Shown: one piece after another, positions 1 to 10,880 of the stretch
How positions within the stretch are numbered: the first letter of the stretch is position 1
How the letters are laid out: each line of letters opens with the position of its first letter
Sequence record: PP355768.1
DNA: 64,000 nt
Direction: 5' to 3' (one strand)
Position numbers and translations under genes: made by a program
The notes under the pieces: model-generated
What the model saw: only the letters and a program-made list of their open reading frames with translations
What the model was told of the DNA's origin: nothing
Databases searched by the model: none

Positions 1-3000
1 GTGGAGAGCCAGAAGGAGGAGCGTCTGACCAGTTTACTGGAGCATTCCCAGTAGGTTTAGCAGGTTTAGTTGCAGCTACTTGGAACCTCAGGGAGGTATA
101 CTTACCATCAGCACCAACCTGTCCATCCTCACCAACTGCACGAATTGCAGAAGACCACACACCGTTAACTTGCTGACGCATGTAAATGTCGCCAGTAGCA
201 TAGGTGGTATGCCAGTCACTAGCGTTGCCAGTCTTAGACCACTGAACACCTACTGAAGCACCTGCAGGACCTTGAGGACCTTGAGGACCAGTATCCCCTT
301 TGTTACCTTGCGGACCAGTAGCACCAGTGTTCCCCTGTGGACCTTGTGGTCCTGTAGCCCCATCCGCCCCATCCATAGACAGATCTTCGAAGTGTATGTC
401 AGCAACAAGCATATAGCCTAGTGAAGCTCCAGTTGTTTTGTTATCTAACTGGAACCACGGCCAGGCAATCCCCTCATCAGCAGAGCCTAGAGTTAACTCT
501 TGATCAAAGTAAGCCCAGGAACTATTTGATGCTGGTCCGGTAAGCACGGTTCTTGAAGGATATCCTCTATTACCATCCTTACGATGAACGATAAACCCTA
601 CTCTAAAGTGGGCTTCCTCCAATCCTATTGGGTTGTACCAGAACCGGATACGAACTTTTTGTCCACCTACTACTGGAATGGTGTTTCTACCTTCCAGGTT
701 ATCCCTTGACGAGATACGTAGTGCCTTGGAGATACCCTGGTTAGTTGGCCCAGAAACGTCCTGTAAAGACCCCGGCCATGAACCTTTATTACCGTTTTCG
801 AAGGTGTTAGTGATAACCATCTCGTAACTTTTGGCCAGGAACACCTTAGTTACCGCAAAACGCTTGGTAATTGCTCCATATTTTGGATGAGTAGCCTTAA
901 CGTCCACCCAACCTTCAGTAACATCGGTTCCGTCTGACATACCAGTAACGGAGTAGTTTCCATTCGAAGAGTTGATGCTAGGAGTTACGTTACTTCTTCC
1001 GCCCTCAGAGAAAGTGCACTGACCAGTAACATCGGTGCTTCCGTACCAAACTCTCATCTGACCTTTGGCGTTTTCGTAGCTCTGGCAATACCCGGAGTAG
1101 TTAGCAAGTACCGTAGCCGCCTCATTTGTCATAACAGCGGTCAACACGTTCTCGCCGTCCTGCAAACGAACCACCGTAATCTGATCAGACAAACCATCAC
1201 AGGTTGCTGTTACCGTAACCCACTTAGAAGTGCCGAAGTTCGCAGCGGTTAGCTGACGGTTATCTCCGGAGTTCATCAGTGTTACTGCAGCTCCCTTATC
1301 GTTTACAGCACTCCACGTGATCCCTGCAGTGGTATTCTGTTTTAGTCCCTTGAACAGAATAGTAGAGGCAGATTTAATGTCCCCAACAGTATCGTACACA
1401 AATGACTGGTAATCTGACGTTAGAGCGAACCCTTTAGCGTTCTCTCCCGCGTTACCTTTCGGACCTTGTGGACCTTGTGGGCCAGTAGCACCAGTATCCC
1501 CTTTGTTACCCTGAGGACCCTGAGAACCAGTGGCACCAGTAGCACCAGTGTTACCCTGTGGACCTTGTGGACCAGTAGCACCATCTTTACCCATAGCATC
1601 GCTAGGATGAATAACGTAGGCCGTAACGTATGCTCCCAGCTCAAGTTTACCACGGCTTAACACGTTGGTGGAGTTGGCTGCGTTGACAGACCAGCGTAGT
1701 GAAATATGGGTTGTGGCAGCACCGGTGGTGATAGTCAAGCTCTGGCGTCCTGCCGTAGAGGTCATCACACTATTAGTTCTAGCGAAGTTTGCCCCATTAC
1801 CATTGTCGAACTGCATAACAAACAGTCTAGTAGGAACAGCCGTTTCAAGGTCAAACGATACTGTATACTTAGTATTTGGCTGCACTTCGATGAAGTGAGT
1901 ACCAGTACCTTGATACGGGTTGGTGTATCCGTCTGTAGAACCCGTAGTGGTAATACGGAAGCGCATTTGCTCCTCGTTTTTACTCATAGAGGAACCCGTC
2001 CCATTGATACCAATTATGGAACGCATCCATTCCTTGAACGCCCAGAAGTTTTCACCAACACCAGAGGCATCGATACGAACTGGATCGGACCAAGTACCAA
2101 TGATAGCGTTAGTATCCCCGTTAAACGTTGCTGTTGCCATCCAAAGAGGAGAACCGTCAGGTGGAGCATCAAACCAATCCGTAGGTTTATTACCTGTAGG
2201 TTTAGCAGGTTTAGTATCCGAAATACGGAAGATGATATTGGTGTAGTTACCTTTCTTACCGTCAGGCCCAATCTCACCTTTCTCACCGATAGCACGAATT
2301 GCAGGACCCCAAACACCGTCAACGTTCTGACGCATGAACAAGTCACCTGTCTGGAAGGTATCATGCCAGTTACTAGCGGAGCTATCCTTAGACCACTGTA
2401 CTAGAACTGATTTACCTACTATACCGATACTGTCTGAGTATTCTACTTGATACTCAGTTTTCTCTCCACCTTCTTCCAGCTTGATCTTGCTCCATGTAGT
2501 AGCTACATTAAGGGTTAGCGCGGATGGGCGTAGAGTTAAGTAGTTCATACCCGTAGGAACTACGAAAGTACGCTTAACTTTGATTGATGTTCCAGTATTC
2601 AGCTCTTCCACGAATGTGGACTGTGCTGAGTCTGGAGTGGCCTGCCAGAAGATTATATCCCTAGTCTGAACTTCACTCGCCGCATCAATATTATATGTTA
2701 AGGTATACCGCTTGCCTGGGGTTACCGGATGAGAGAACGCACCGGGACCAATATAAGGAGTAGCGTAACAACCTGGAGCCGTATTAGTAGTCCCTGAAGT
2801 ACGAGTCAAGGTATGCGTTAGCTTCTCGATATCGTTCTTCGATGTGCCGGCTTCCGTACCAGTCATCCCTGCCATCCACTTACGAACTGCGAACAGGTTA
2901 GGGTTGATAGTCCCGTCTAGGCGGACCGGATTAGACCACGTACCCTGCAGTTGACCGCTAGCATTCATAGTGCCCTTAGTCATCCATAAAGGGCTACCAA

Positions 3001-5119
3001 CTGGAGGAGCATCACTCCAGCTACCTGGGTTGTTACCAGTAGGTGTGCCAGGTTTAGTATCCTGAACAATAAACTTCATTGAAATGTAGTCACCGTCAGT
3101 ACCATCAGCACCATTTTTACCATCTTCGCCAACTGCGCGAATGGCGCCACCCCAAACCCCGTTAACCTGCTGACGCATAAAAATGTCGCCAGTCTGGAAG
3201 CCAGCGTGCCAGTTAGTAGACCCATCCTTAGACCACTGGACGTTTACAGAGTTACCTGAAGGACCTTGAGCACCAGTTGCACCGGTATCGCCTTTGTCCC
3301 CTTTGTTACCCTGCGGACCTTGTGGGCCTTGAGAACCAGTAGCACCCGTGCTACCCTGCGGACCCTGAGAACCCGTAGCACCATCCATCTCAAGAGCGAA
3401 CATGTGGATATCAGTAATATAGACTTTACCTAAATCGGTACCTGAAGCCCCGCCCATCTGAATCCATGGTGTTGCCATACCCGTGTTAGCGCTATCAACG
3501 GTAAATTCCTTTTCTATGTAAGACCAGCCACCGGCCACTTGCGTACCTTGGGCTATTATAAGGACTCCCTGCCAAGCAACAGCTCCAGTACCTGCTCTTA
3601 CGATTCGCATTCCCATGCTGATATTGACCTTAGACTCACTGGCCATTACCCACATACCTAGTTTATACTTCTGCCCTGCTACTACAGGGAAGGAGTTAGA
3701 CTCCTCCGTACAGTCTCTAGAGGAGAGTACTAGGGCCTTACTAAAGCCTGCTGCGACAATAGTGGCTCCAGATACATCCTGAATGCTGCCACTAGACCAA
3801 GATCCCTTGTTTCCGTTCTCGAAAGACGTGGTGATGATGCGATCGTACCCCTTTGCAAGGATAGATTTAGTAGTTGCTACTCTACGAACCACAGCACCAT
3901 ACGTGGGGTGGGCCGCGCGTAAATCAACCCAACCATTGATAACATCAGTACCTGCCGGCATACCTTTTAGGGTATATTTACCTGCTGAGGTGATATCTGC
4001 ATCAAGGTTGTATTTCTCCATCGTGCTGAAGGTACACTCGGCAGTAATATCCCGCGCTCCGTAGAACACTTTGAAGTCACCCGAGCCCGTACTATAATTC
4101 TGTACGTAACCAGCATAGTTTGCTAGGATAGTTGAACCCTCATTAGTCAGAAGTCCTACGAGAGCGTTAGAACCATCATCTAAGCGAACAACCGTAATCT
4201 GGTCAGTGATACCATCACAGACAGCTGTAACCGTCACAGACTTCGACGTTTTGAAGTTGGCAGCGGTTAATGTGGTGCCCGTATTACTACTTCCCGTCAG
4301 AGTAATATTTCCACCTTTCTCGTCTTTGGCAGACCACGTTACGTTGGCCGTAGTGTTCTGTCGAAACGCCTGAAACAGGATGGATGCATCAGACTTCAGT
4401 TTACCGTCGGCGTCATAAGTAAACGTCTGGCCAAGTGAAGAAATGCTGAACCCTTTCGCATTATCACCTTTGGCACCTTGTGGGCCTTGGTTACCCTGAG
4501 GACCTTGATTACCCTGTGGTCCTTGTGGACCCTGAGCACCGTCATCCCCAATGGTATCATACTCATTGCGGATAAAAGCGGTCGCGAACACGCCCTCTTC
4601 TAACTTTATCTTACCTATAGTGTTTTCTTTGCCAGCAGCGTTTACAGAGAAACGAATGGCGATTCGGTCCACACCAGTTGGAGCCGTGAAGGTAAGCGTA
4701 GTTAAACCTGCAGTAGTAGAGATAGCGGTGGCAAATACAGAAGAACTGTTAGCCCCTGCCTGAACTAAGAATAGGTGGGTCCTAACTTCTATGGCAGTAT
4801 CTGTTTCAAATGAGAACGTATACTTTTTACCTGCTGTAACAGGTGCGAAGTACGTTCCGTTGCCGCCTGATGGCACAGTGTATGCATCGTTAGTGGTCCC
4901 AGCAATGATTTTTAGTCTCAGATCGATAGGGTTCTTAACGATGGACGCCCCGTTTCCGTTGGTACCGGTTAGAGACTCTAGCCATTTCTTGGTAGACACT
5001 AAGTTTTGGTTAACCGTATCACCATCAATACGAACTGGCTCAGACCACGTCCCTACTAGGGCATTAGTCTGTCCATTGAACTCAGCCTTAGACATCCATA
5101 AAGGACTGCCTTGAGGTGG
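1..5119 (-). CDS. pb4: Distal continuation of the giant central straight tail fibre (pb4-like); ~1706 open codons running off the window edge, split from the N-terminal part by a 1-nt frameshift near 5120-5127
   Basis: Manual translation of the minus frame from 5119 to 2 shows no stop. It contains the same [26 protein letters not shown] and Gly-X-Y collagen modules as the upstream ORF. It is absent from the ORF track, probably because there is no stop inside the window. Confidence 0.85.
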
Positions 5120-7308
5120 AGCGCGTCCCAGCCTGCGGGGGTCTGCCCAGTAGGGGTTGACGGCTTCTCCGCAGCTACACGGAAGCGCAGTCCTATGTAG
5201 TTCCCTTTTGAACCAGGGGTACCGTTTGTACCGTCCTCCCCAATTGCGCGGATCGCTGAACTCCAACCACCAGTACCTACACGCTGACGCATGAATATAT
5301 CACCAGCGGTAAAGGTCGAATGCCAGTTGGTGGTGCCATCTTTAGACCACTGAACTTCTACTGAGCCACCAGCAGGTCCTTGTGGGCCCTGCGGTCCAGT
5401 TGCACCAGTTGCACCAGTTGCACCTTTCTCACCATCCACTCGGATCGGGTCTGACCAACCCTCAACAGTTAGAGCGTTAGTATCGCCATTGAATCTACCA
5501 GAACACATCCAAAGAGGGGTTCCAGTCGGTGGGGTACGACTCCAACCACTAGGGTCATTGATATTGCCTGGTTTCGTGGGCTTACTAGCACTGATCTGGT
5601 AAATCTGAACGGTGTAATCACCGTTAGAACCATCAGTACCGCCAGTACCTGGGACACCAGACCACTGGGATGCAGCTGAGTAGTTGGTACCGTCTACTAG
5701 AGCAGGAGGACTCTTCTTAGGATCCAGAGTACCCTGCACAACGTACACGTTCTGATTCTGAGCAGTGCGGTTAGGCGGGAATGCGGACCATCCAGCTGGT
5801 GGATAAACTTGGTCAAGCGGGCGACTTGGCAGAGATGTACCAAGTTTATAAGCAAATACAGTCTGCTTACCCTGCATACCGGTTTCAAGGTCTACATCGC
5901 CTCCAGGAGTACCGATTACAACGTTACCAGAAATGCGAAGAGTATCACCGTCCCAGCGCACATACTGAGTGTTATTACCTAGGTCAAATTTGGCCTTACC
6001 GTCAACGTTGTCAACACCCATCCAGACACCACCTGCGTTATTACCGTACTTCTTACCCTGAGTGAAGATTGCCGGGTTATCTTTACCGGTCAGGTTAGTA
6101 AGAATTACGTTAGCAGCATTAATGTCTTTAGTGATAACTTTACCATCGACGTTTACAATCTTATTAACAGGGTCGAATGAAATCGGCGCTTTACCATTTT
6201 CATCGAGTGTACCAAGAACTACTGCACCTGTAGCAGCATCGACTAAGAAAGTCTGCTCCCACTGTTTGGTGTTAGAGTTCCAGAGTTTACCTTTGATACC
6301 TGCGTAGGTCATTTCTACACCGGTCTCGTTAATGAATGCATTGTCGAAAGTGGTGCTCTCGTCTATAATATAAGTAACCTCGTTAGAGTTAGTTATAGAC
6401 TGAGTATCTGGGCCCCAAGCAACCGATAGTACACGGAAGCGGTGGCGGATTTTGTAAGGGAAGCTAGTGATAGTACCAGCTTTAGCTGCACCCACGTTTA
6501 GCTTGTTGGCCTTAGTCCATCCAGTTTTTGCAAACTCATCGTTACTAATATACTGGATGATAAATTCACGAACGTTAGCACCCGTACCACGAGTCCAATC
6601 CCATTCCAGGCGAACGTCAAAACGCTCCATACCATCTTGGATGTGGGCAGTTTTGAAACGCAGGTTAGTTGGGGCAGACGGTGGAGTGAAGTTGTAGGTC
6701 AGGTTAAACAGTGATGGCCAGGTATCATACCCAGAAACGTCCACAGTAACACCGTCCGGCATAGTAACAACACCAGATACCCGAATATTGTATCTGCCAA
6801 CCGGAACACCACCAAAGATGATCTGCTCAGTGATTGGCCCACGGTAGTACTTAGTCCAGGTACTAGAACCTTCAGGTTTCATTTCGATGGTAACGTATTC
6901 GGCCTCACCAGAAAGCTCTACGACAACCATAGGAGCACCAACACCTACGTCAACAGATTCTGCAAAAGAAGACACCTTGGTGATCTTCGGAGCAGTTTTC
7001 ATCTTGAAGTTAACGGTGCTAGAGAGGTTCATGCCTACTTTAGCAGCCATCAGCTCCGCATCGACCATTGAGTCGTAGAAAGCACCCTGAGCAGAGTAGG
7101 TAGCGCCAGCGGTTAAATTGTTAATTGTAGCGATGAAGGTATCAACGCCGGTAAAGTCCCTACGGGTAGTTACTCCACCCGTAGTTAGCCAGAAAGTTCT
7201 ACCAATTACATCGTAATCGGAAAAGATTGAGTGCTGAATACTCGCAATCGTGTAACCGGTCACGATATTCTGCAGTACCATTTTAGCTGGTGCTATGTTT
7301 GAAATCAT
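5056..7308 (-). CDS. pb4: Central straight tail fibre pb4-like, N-terminal 727 aa, then an out-of-frame tail to a premature stop
   Basis: [33 protein letters not shown] matches the T5 pb4 N-terminus; lies directly after pb3. Confidence 0.9.
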   Translation of the reverse strand: MISNIAPAKMVLQNIVTGYTIASIQHSIFSDYDVIGRTFWLTTGGVTTRRDFTGVDTFIATINNLTAGATYSAQGAFYDSMVDAELMAAKVGMNLSSTVNFKMKTAPKITKVSSFAESVDVGVGAPMVVVELSGEAEYVTIEMKPEGSSTWTKYYRGPITEQIIFGGVPVGRYNIRVSGVVTMPDGVTVDVSGYDTWPSLFNLTYNFTPPSAPTNLRFKTAHIQDGMERFDVRLEWDWTRGTGANVREFIIQYISNDEFAKTGWTKANKLNVGAAKAGTITSFPYKIRHRFRVLSVAWGPDTQSITNSNEVTYIIDESTTFDNAFINETGVEMTYAGIKGKLWNSNTKQWEQTFLVDAATGAVVLGTLDENGKAPISFDPVNKIVNVDGKVITKDINAANVILTNLTGKDNPAIFTQGKKYGNNAGGVWMGVDNVDGKAKFDLGNNTQYVRWDGDTLRISGNVVIGTPGGDVDLETGMQGKQTVFAYKLGTSLPSRPLDQVYPPAGWSAFPPNRTAQNQNVYVVQGTLDPKKSPPALVDGTNYSAASQWSGVPGTGGTDGSNGDYTVQIYQISASKPTKPGNINDPSGWSRTPPTGTPLWMCSGRFNGDTNALTVEGWSDPIRVDGEKGATGATGATGPQGPQGPAGGSVEVQWSKDGTTNWHSTFTAGDIFMRQRVGTGGWSSAIRAIGEDGTNGTPGSKGNYIGLRFRVAAEKPSTPTGQTPAGWDALHLKAVLYGCLRLSSMDRLMP

Positions 7309-10155
7309 TTAGATATATGCCCATGCAACCGACTTCTCGCCCTTTGGTCCCTCCGCCTGAATTCTTGGCTGAAGTGCTCTGTAAATCCCCAAAGTATTCG
7401 AGTTGTTGGCCTTGTAGTCGAGCTTATTGTAGCCCAACAGGTAGCTGTAGTTATATAAACTGGTGATCTTCGCGGATCTAAGCAGTTTATTAGTGTTGTC
7501 CCTTATTTCAAGCGTGTAGAAAATCCCTGAAATCAGCCCCTCTTCCTGCAGCTTATCCCATCCTAACTCTAAGTCAGGTCCTACCCATTCAGCAGGGTCA
7601 GGAGCAAGGTTAAGCACCCGGAAGTTTTCCACCATACTAAGGTTCTTAGCTGAGTTCAAATCTACAGAAATTGTTACTGGAGAGCTACGACGACCATTGA
7701 TATCAACAGCGCGGATCTCGAAAATAGTCAGTCCAGCAGGCTCACCCACGATATCTTGGAACATCCTAACGTTAGGTGTGAAAGCAGTCTGCTGCACAAT
7801 ATAAGGATCCACACGGTCCGATTTACGTATTGAGTAATAGACTACGTTAGGTGTCAAGCTAGGAAGCCATGAAAGCTCTCCGTTTTTGCCAACATCACCT
7901 ACCATTCCACCAGGTGTAGGGGTATACTTAAAGTCTCTTGGTGGCAGGACGTTATTGGATATTTCAGGAACGACCTCGCTACTGTTATCCACCTGCGTTG
8001 AGTTAATAAATACATCCTCACCATACTCCTGAAGAGTTACGTTTATCTTACCATCCCTTGTGTTCTCCACCTCATCTACTAGGAAGAACTTCTTATTCCA
8101 ACCATAACGATCGTAGGTGAATACTACAGGATCATTAGGTTCTATACCAAGGAATTTGTAAGGTAAAGAGAAACTCAGAGAGCGAGAGTAACGAGACTTC
8201 TTAAGCTCTCTATCTGCCAAGCTTCTAGCAGTGTAGTAGTTGGTTATGTTAGCAAAAGAAAGTTGAAGTTTCTTGTCAACTCCACGATCTTCATTCTTAA
8301 ACTTAGAATTATAGAACGTTATAGAGTTGGTTTTCCAGTTCAGGGTAGGATCAATCAGAGATGCCTGAACTGAGTTGTACTTATTACGGCCTGTAGTATC
8401 TGAGAGATCCAGGTCCCCGTAAGTATCTAGGAAATTAAGTTCTAGAGGAGTTTTTGAATCTTTCTCTACGGTGATGCGGAAGATACCTGATAGGTTATTC
8501 AACGCCCCCTGGAAGGATTCTAATAGCTCCTGCACGTTTTTGAACACAGAGTTGGAGTTATCCAGGATTGTGTTCATTTGCATTATTTGTCTGTTTTCGG
8601 CTGTCCAGCTCTCCCATCCAACGTATCTCCAGAAAGGTTGCCAACTAGTTTGATAAGAGGTGTCTATAATGTTTAATAGATCGGCCTCTTTTCTCCAGTC
8701 ACCAATCACCATTCTGTCTATCGGGATACTTGCACCAAAGGTAGTGGAGGTTAAGTAGTCAAATGTTTGCCATACACCATTTTGGCTGGTTTTATCTGTT
8801 CTAACAGAGCCATCTGCCTGGTATACTTTTACTTTACGTCCGCTTAATTCTGCTGATACTTCAGGAATATCAGTTCTGTTCTCCGTGATAGTGAAGCGTA
8901 TGACAGCGTATGCGGTGTCTAATAACTTGTACCTAGAATCCCAGTACTCCGGACCATTACCGTTCTCTCCTTGAAGGAAGAAATTGTTAGCAGCAGCAAT
9001 ATCTCTTAGTACCGTAGCTACCGTCTGGTCTGGCTTACCGTGGAATGTCCAGATTCGTATATCCCCGTTACCGTCATTGTACTTGTATTCTTGACCATGC
9101 TCTGAGAGAGATGTTGACGGAAGTCCTGTGGAAATTCTTGCCATAGTATCTCCCGACACCCTTTTTTGTCCAAAGCACGTACGAGAGGTACTGTCAGTTT
9201 GATCAGTACAGATCATAGGGGCATCCCCAAACTGGAAGTCGAGGAATCCTTCAATCTCACCCTCACAAAACGCGTAAACCACATACACAACGTTTGGATT
9301 GTTTCTTTCTGTATCCGCGAAAACCGGAATACCAGGAACTTTTTGAGTACCATATACTACAGGAATAAACTTGGCCGCAAGGTTGAAGTCCAGGTCTACT
9401 TCTTTAGTAACAGTCTCGTAATACTTTTTAAGGCTGTAGCTCTTGGAGAGACCGAATAATTTCTTCTTAGATTCTAGCTTGTATCGTTCTTCTTTTACTT
9501 GATATTTAGCTAGGAAGTTAACGCTCTTGTTGGCGTGGAAGAATCCGTAGTCCTCTTGGTATTCCGGTCGTTTGGCACCGTGAGAAGGTAGTAATTCTCC
9601 ATTTACAATCTCAAGTCCTCGGTGGGAGGCGTCGTCTGTGAAGCGTCCAGCAACTCGCTCAAAATCGTAGAATTCGTTAGAACAGTTCCAAGTTATAACA
9701 GAAGTACCAACTCCGGATACTGTATTGCTTTCCTTGATACCACCACCCACGATCTTACCCCTGAAGAAGAGTAATGGGCCATTAGTATCTGGGTCCACCG
9801 GAAGGATTTCCCCATTGTCGTCGATGATCGCCTGATATATAGAAATAGAACGATCTAAAAATGATACGCCACTTTGCACTAACTTAATGACTTCGTTGGC
9901 ATCCGTACCAGTAACACTGAAGTTCAAACTACCGACGGTTAACGTACGATTTTGTTTGTGACTGCTGATTGTTTTTATTTTCCCTGATTGGAAGAGTATA
10001 CCACCGTAGTTGATATCTCTCATATAGTCCGTCATATAAGCGTAAACAGCATTATTACCCGTGGACCCCGGGAGTTCGATAGAGACAAGATACGCTAATC
10101 GTATCTTGTCATTGTTGGCAAGGTAGGCTTTCGCAGAAGGAAGGATCTGTCTCAT
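7309..10155 (-). CDS. pb3: Baseplate hub / tail tip protein pb3
   Basis: 948 aa (T5 pb3 is ~949 aa); sequence recognisable; between pb9 and pb4. Confidence 0.92.
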   Translation of the reverse strand: MRQILPSAKAYLANNDKIRLAYLVSIELPGSTGNNAVYAYMTDYMRDINYGGILFQSGKIKTISSHKQNRTLTVGSLNFSVTGTDANEVIKLVQSGVSFLDRSISIYQAIIDDNGEILPVDPDTNGPLLFFRGKIVGGGIKESNTVSGVGTSVITWNCSNEFYDFERVAGRFTDDASHRGLEIVNGELLPSHGAKRPEYQEDYGFFHANKSVNFLAKYQVKEERYKLESKKKLFGLSKSYSLKKYYETVTKEVDLDFNLAAKFIPVVYGTQKVPGIPVFADTERNNPNVVYVVYAFCEGEIEGFLDFQFGDAPMICTDQTDSTSRTCFGQKRVSGDTMARISTGLPSTSLSEHGQEYKYNDGNGDIRIWTFHGKPDQTVATVLRDIAAANNFFLQGENGNGPEYWDSRYKLLDTAYAVIRFTITENRTDIPEVSAELSGRKVKVYQADGSVRTDKTSQNGVWQTFDYLTSTTFGASIPIDRMVIGDWRKEADLLNIIDTSYQTSWQPFWRYVGWESWTAENRQIMQMNTILDNSNSVFKNVQELLESFQGALNNLSGIFRITVEKDSKTPLELNFLDTYGDLDLSDTTGRNKYNSVQASLIDPTLNWKTNSITFYNSKFKNEDRGVDKKLQLSFANITNYYTARSLADRELKKSRYSRSLSFSLPYKFLGIEPNDPVVFTYDRYGWNKKFFLVDEVENTRDGKINVTLQEYGEDVFINSTQVDNSSEVVPEISNNVLPPRDFKYTPTPGGMVGDVGKNGELSWLPSLTPNVVYYSIRKSDRVDPYIVQQTAFTPNVRMFQDIVGEPAGLTIFEIRAVDINGRRSSPVTISVDLNSAKNLSMVENFRVLNLAPDPAEWVGPDLELGWDKLQEEGLISGIFYTLEIRDNTNKLLRSAKITSLYNYSYLLGYNKLDYKANNSNTLGIYRALQPRIQAEGPKGEKSVAWAYI

Positions 10156-10766
10156 AGACTTTCTCTCAAAACTAGGTTAACCCCATCGTATACACCATCA
10201 ACTGTGATTTCTTCGCTGAATGAATCTCCGTTCATTAACTTAGTTTGGAAGAGAATCCCATTGAAACGTGGTCTCTCGGAGCCGTTGGTAGTGAGCAACA
10301 GATCAGGGTATAGATTAAGCGTCCATACTCCTGCTACGTTTTTAAAAGATGTAATCTTGTACACCTTTGGATGTGTGGTTAACTGGAACAAATCACCCGG
10401 TTTTGGTTCCCCTACTAGAGAGCCTGTATTGGTGATAACCAGTGTGGAGCCTTTTTGTCCGGCGGCAATGCGACAGTTGTTCGCATCTCCCCTTACTCGG
10501 TAAGACTCATAATGTGGAAGCATAACGTCGAGGTAGCCTCTGGTACGTTTATACTCTAAAATTGCTGACGAAAGTACAGCATACTCATCGGGAAACATCA
10601 CAGGATAACTAATGTTAAGACCCCAATACTGAGTGGCTGTTTTAACTTCGTTAACCTTGCCGTTTGGTAGCTCGTCTCTGATCACTGGATCGTTATCGAT
10701 CAGTGTAGCTTTATCAAACCCAAGGCCGTTATACTGAGGATGTGTAAAGGGATCTGGTAATCTCAT
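10152..10766 (-). CDS. pb9: Distal tail protein (Dit) pb9
   Basis: 204 aa, MRLPDPFT..YNGLGF as in T5 pb9; synteny. Confidence 0.92.
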   Translation of the reverse strand: MRLPDPFTHPQYNGLGFDKATLIDNDPVIRDELPNGKVNEVKTATQYWGLNISYPVMFPDEYAVLSSAILEYKRTRGYLDVMLPHYESYRVRGDANNCRIAAGQKGSTLVITNTGSLVGEPKPGDLFQLTTHPKVYKITSFKNVAGVWTLNLYPDLLLTTNGSERPRFNGILFQTKLMNGDSFSEEITVDGVYDGVNLVLRESL

Positions 10767-10792
10767 GTTTTGTTTTCTCCTCTCAATGTTAA

Positions 10793-10822
10793 TATTATAG
10801 TCATATCAAGAAAATTTTTCAA
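10793..10822 (-). promoter_or_regulatory. Sigma70-type promoter upstream of pb9
   Basis: TTGAAA-18-TATAAT on the minus strand. Confidence 0.6.
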
Positions 10823-10842
10823 GATAATTTTATAAATTCCAA

Positions 10843-10872
10843 AAAGAAGGGAGGACAATTACGTCCTCCCTT
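10843..10872 (-). terminator. Intrinsic terminator after pb2
   Basis: GGGAGGAC-6-GTCCTCCC stem followed by a T-rich tract on the minus strand. Confidence 0.75.
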
Positions 10873-10880
10873 TAGTTTAG

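Noticed and set aside
633-5114. Plus-strand and alternate-frame ORFs (e.g. 1706-2404, 1420-1653) and many antisense ORFs over pb2, pb8 and A1
   Set aside because: Shadows of the codon-biased true genes on the opposite strand or frame; no RBS and no recognisable product
5115-5130. Programmed frameshift in pb4
   Set aside because: No slippery heptamer, homopolymer run or obvious stimulator; a 1-nt loss in a repeat unit is simpler
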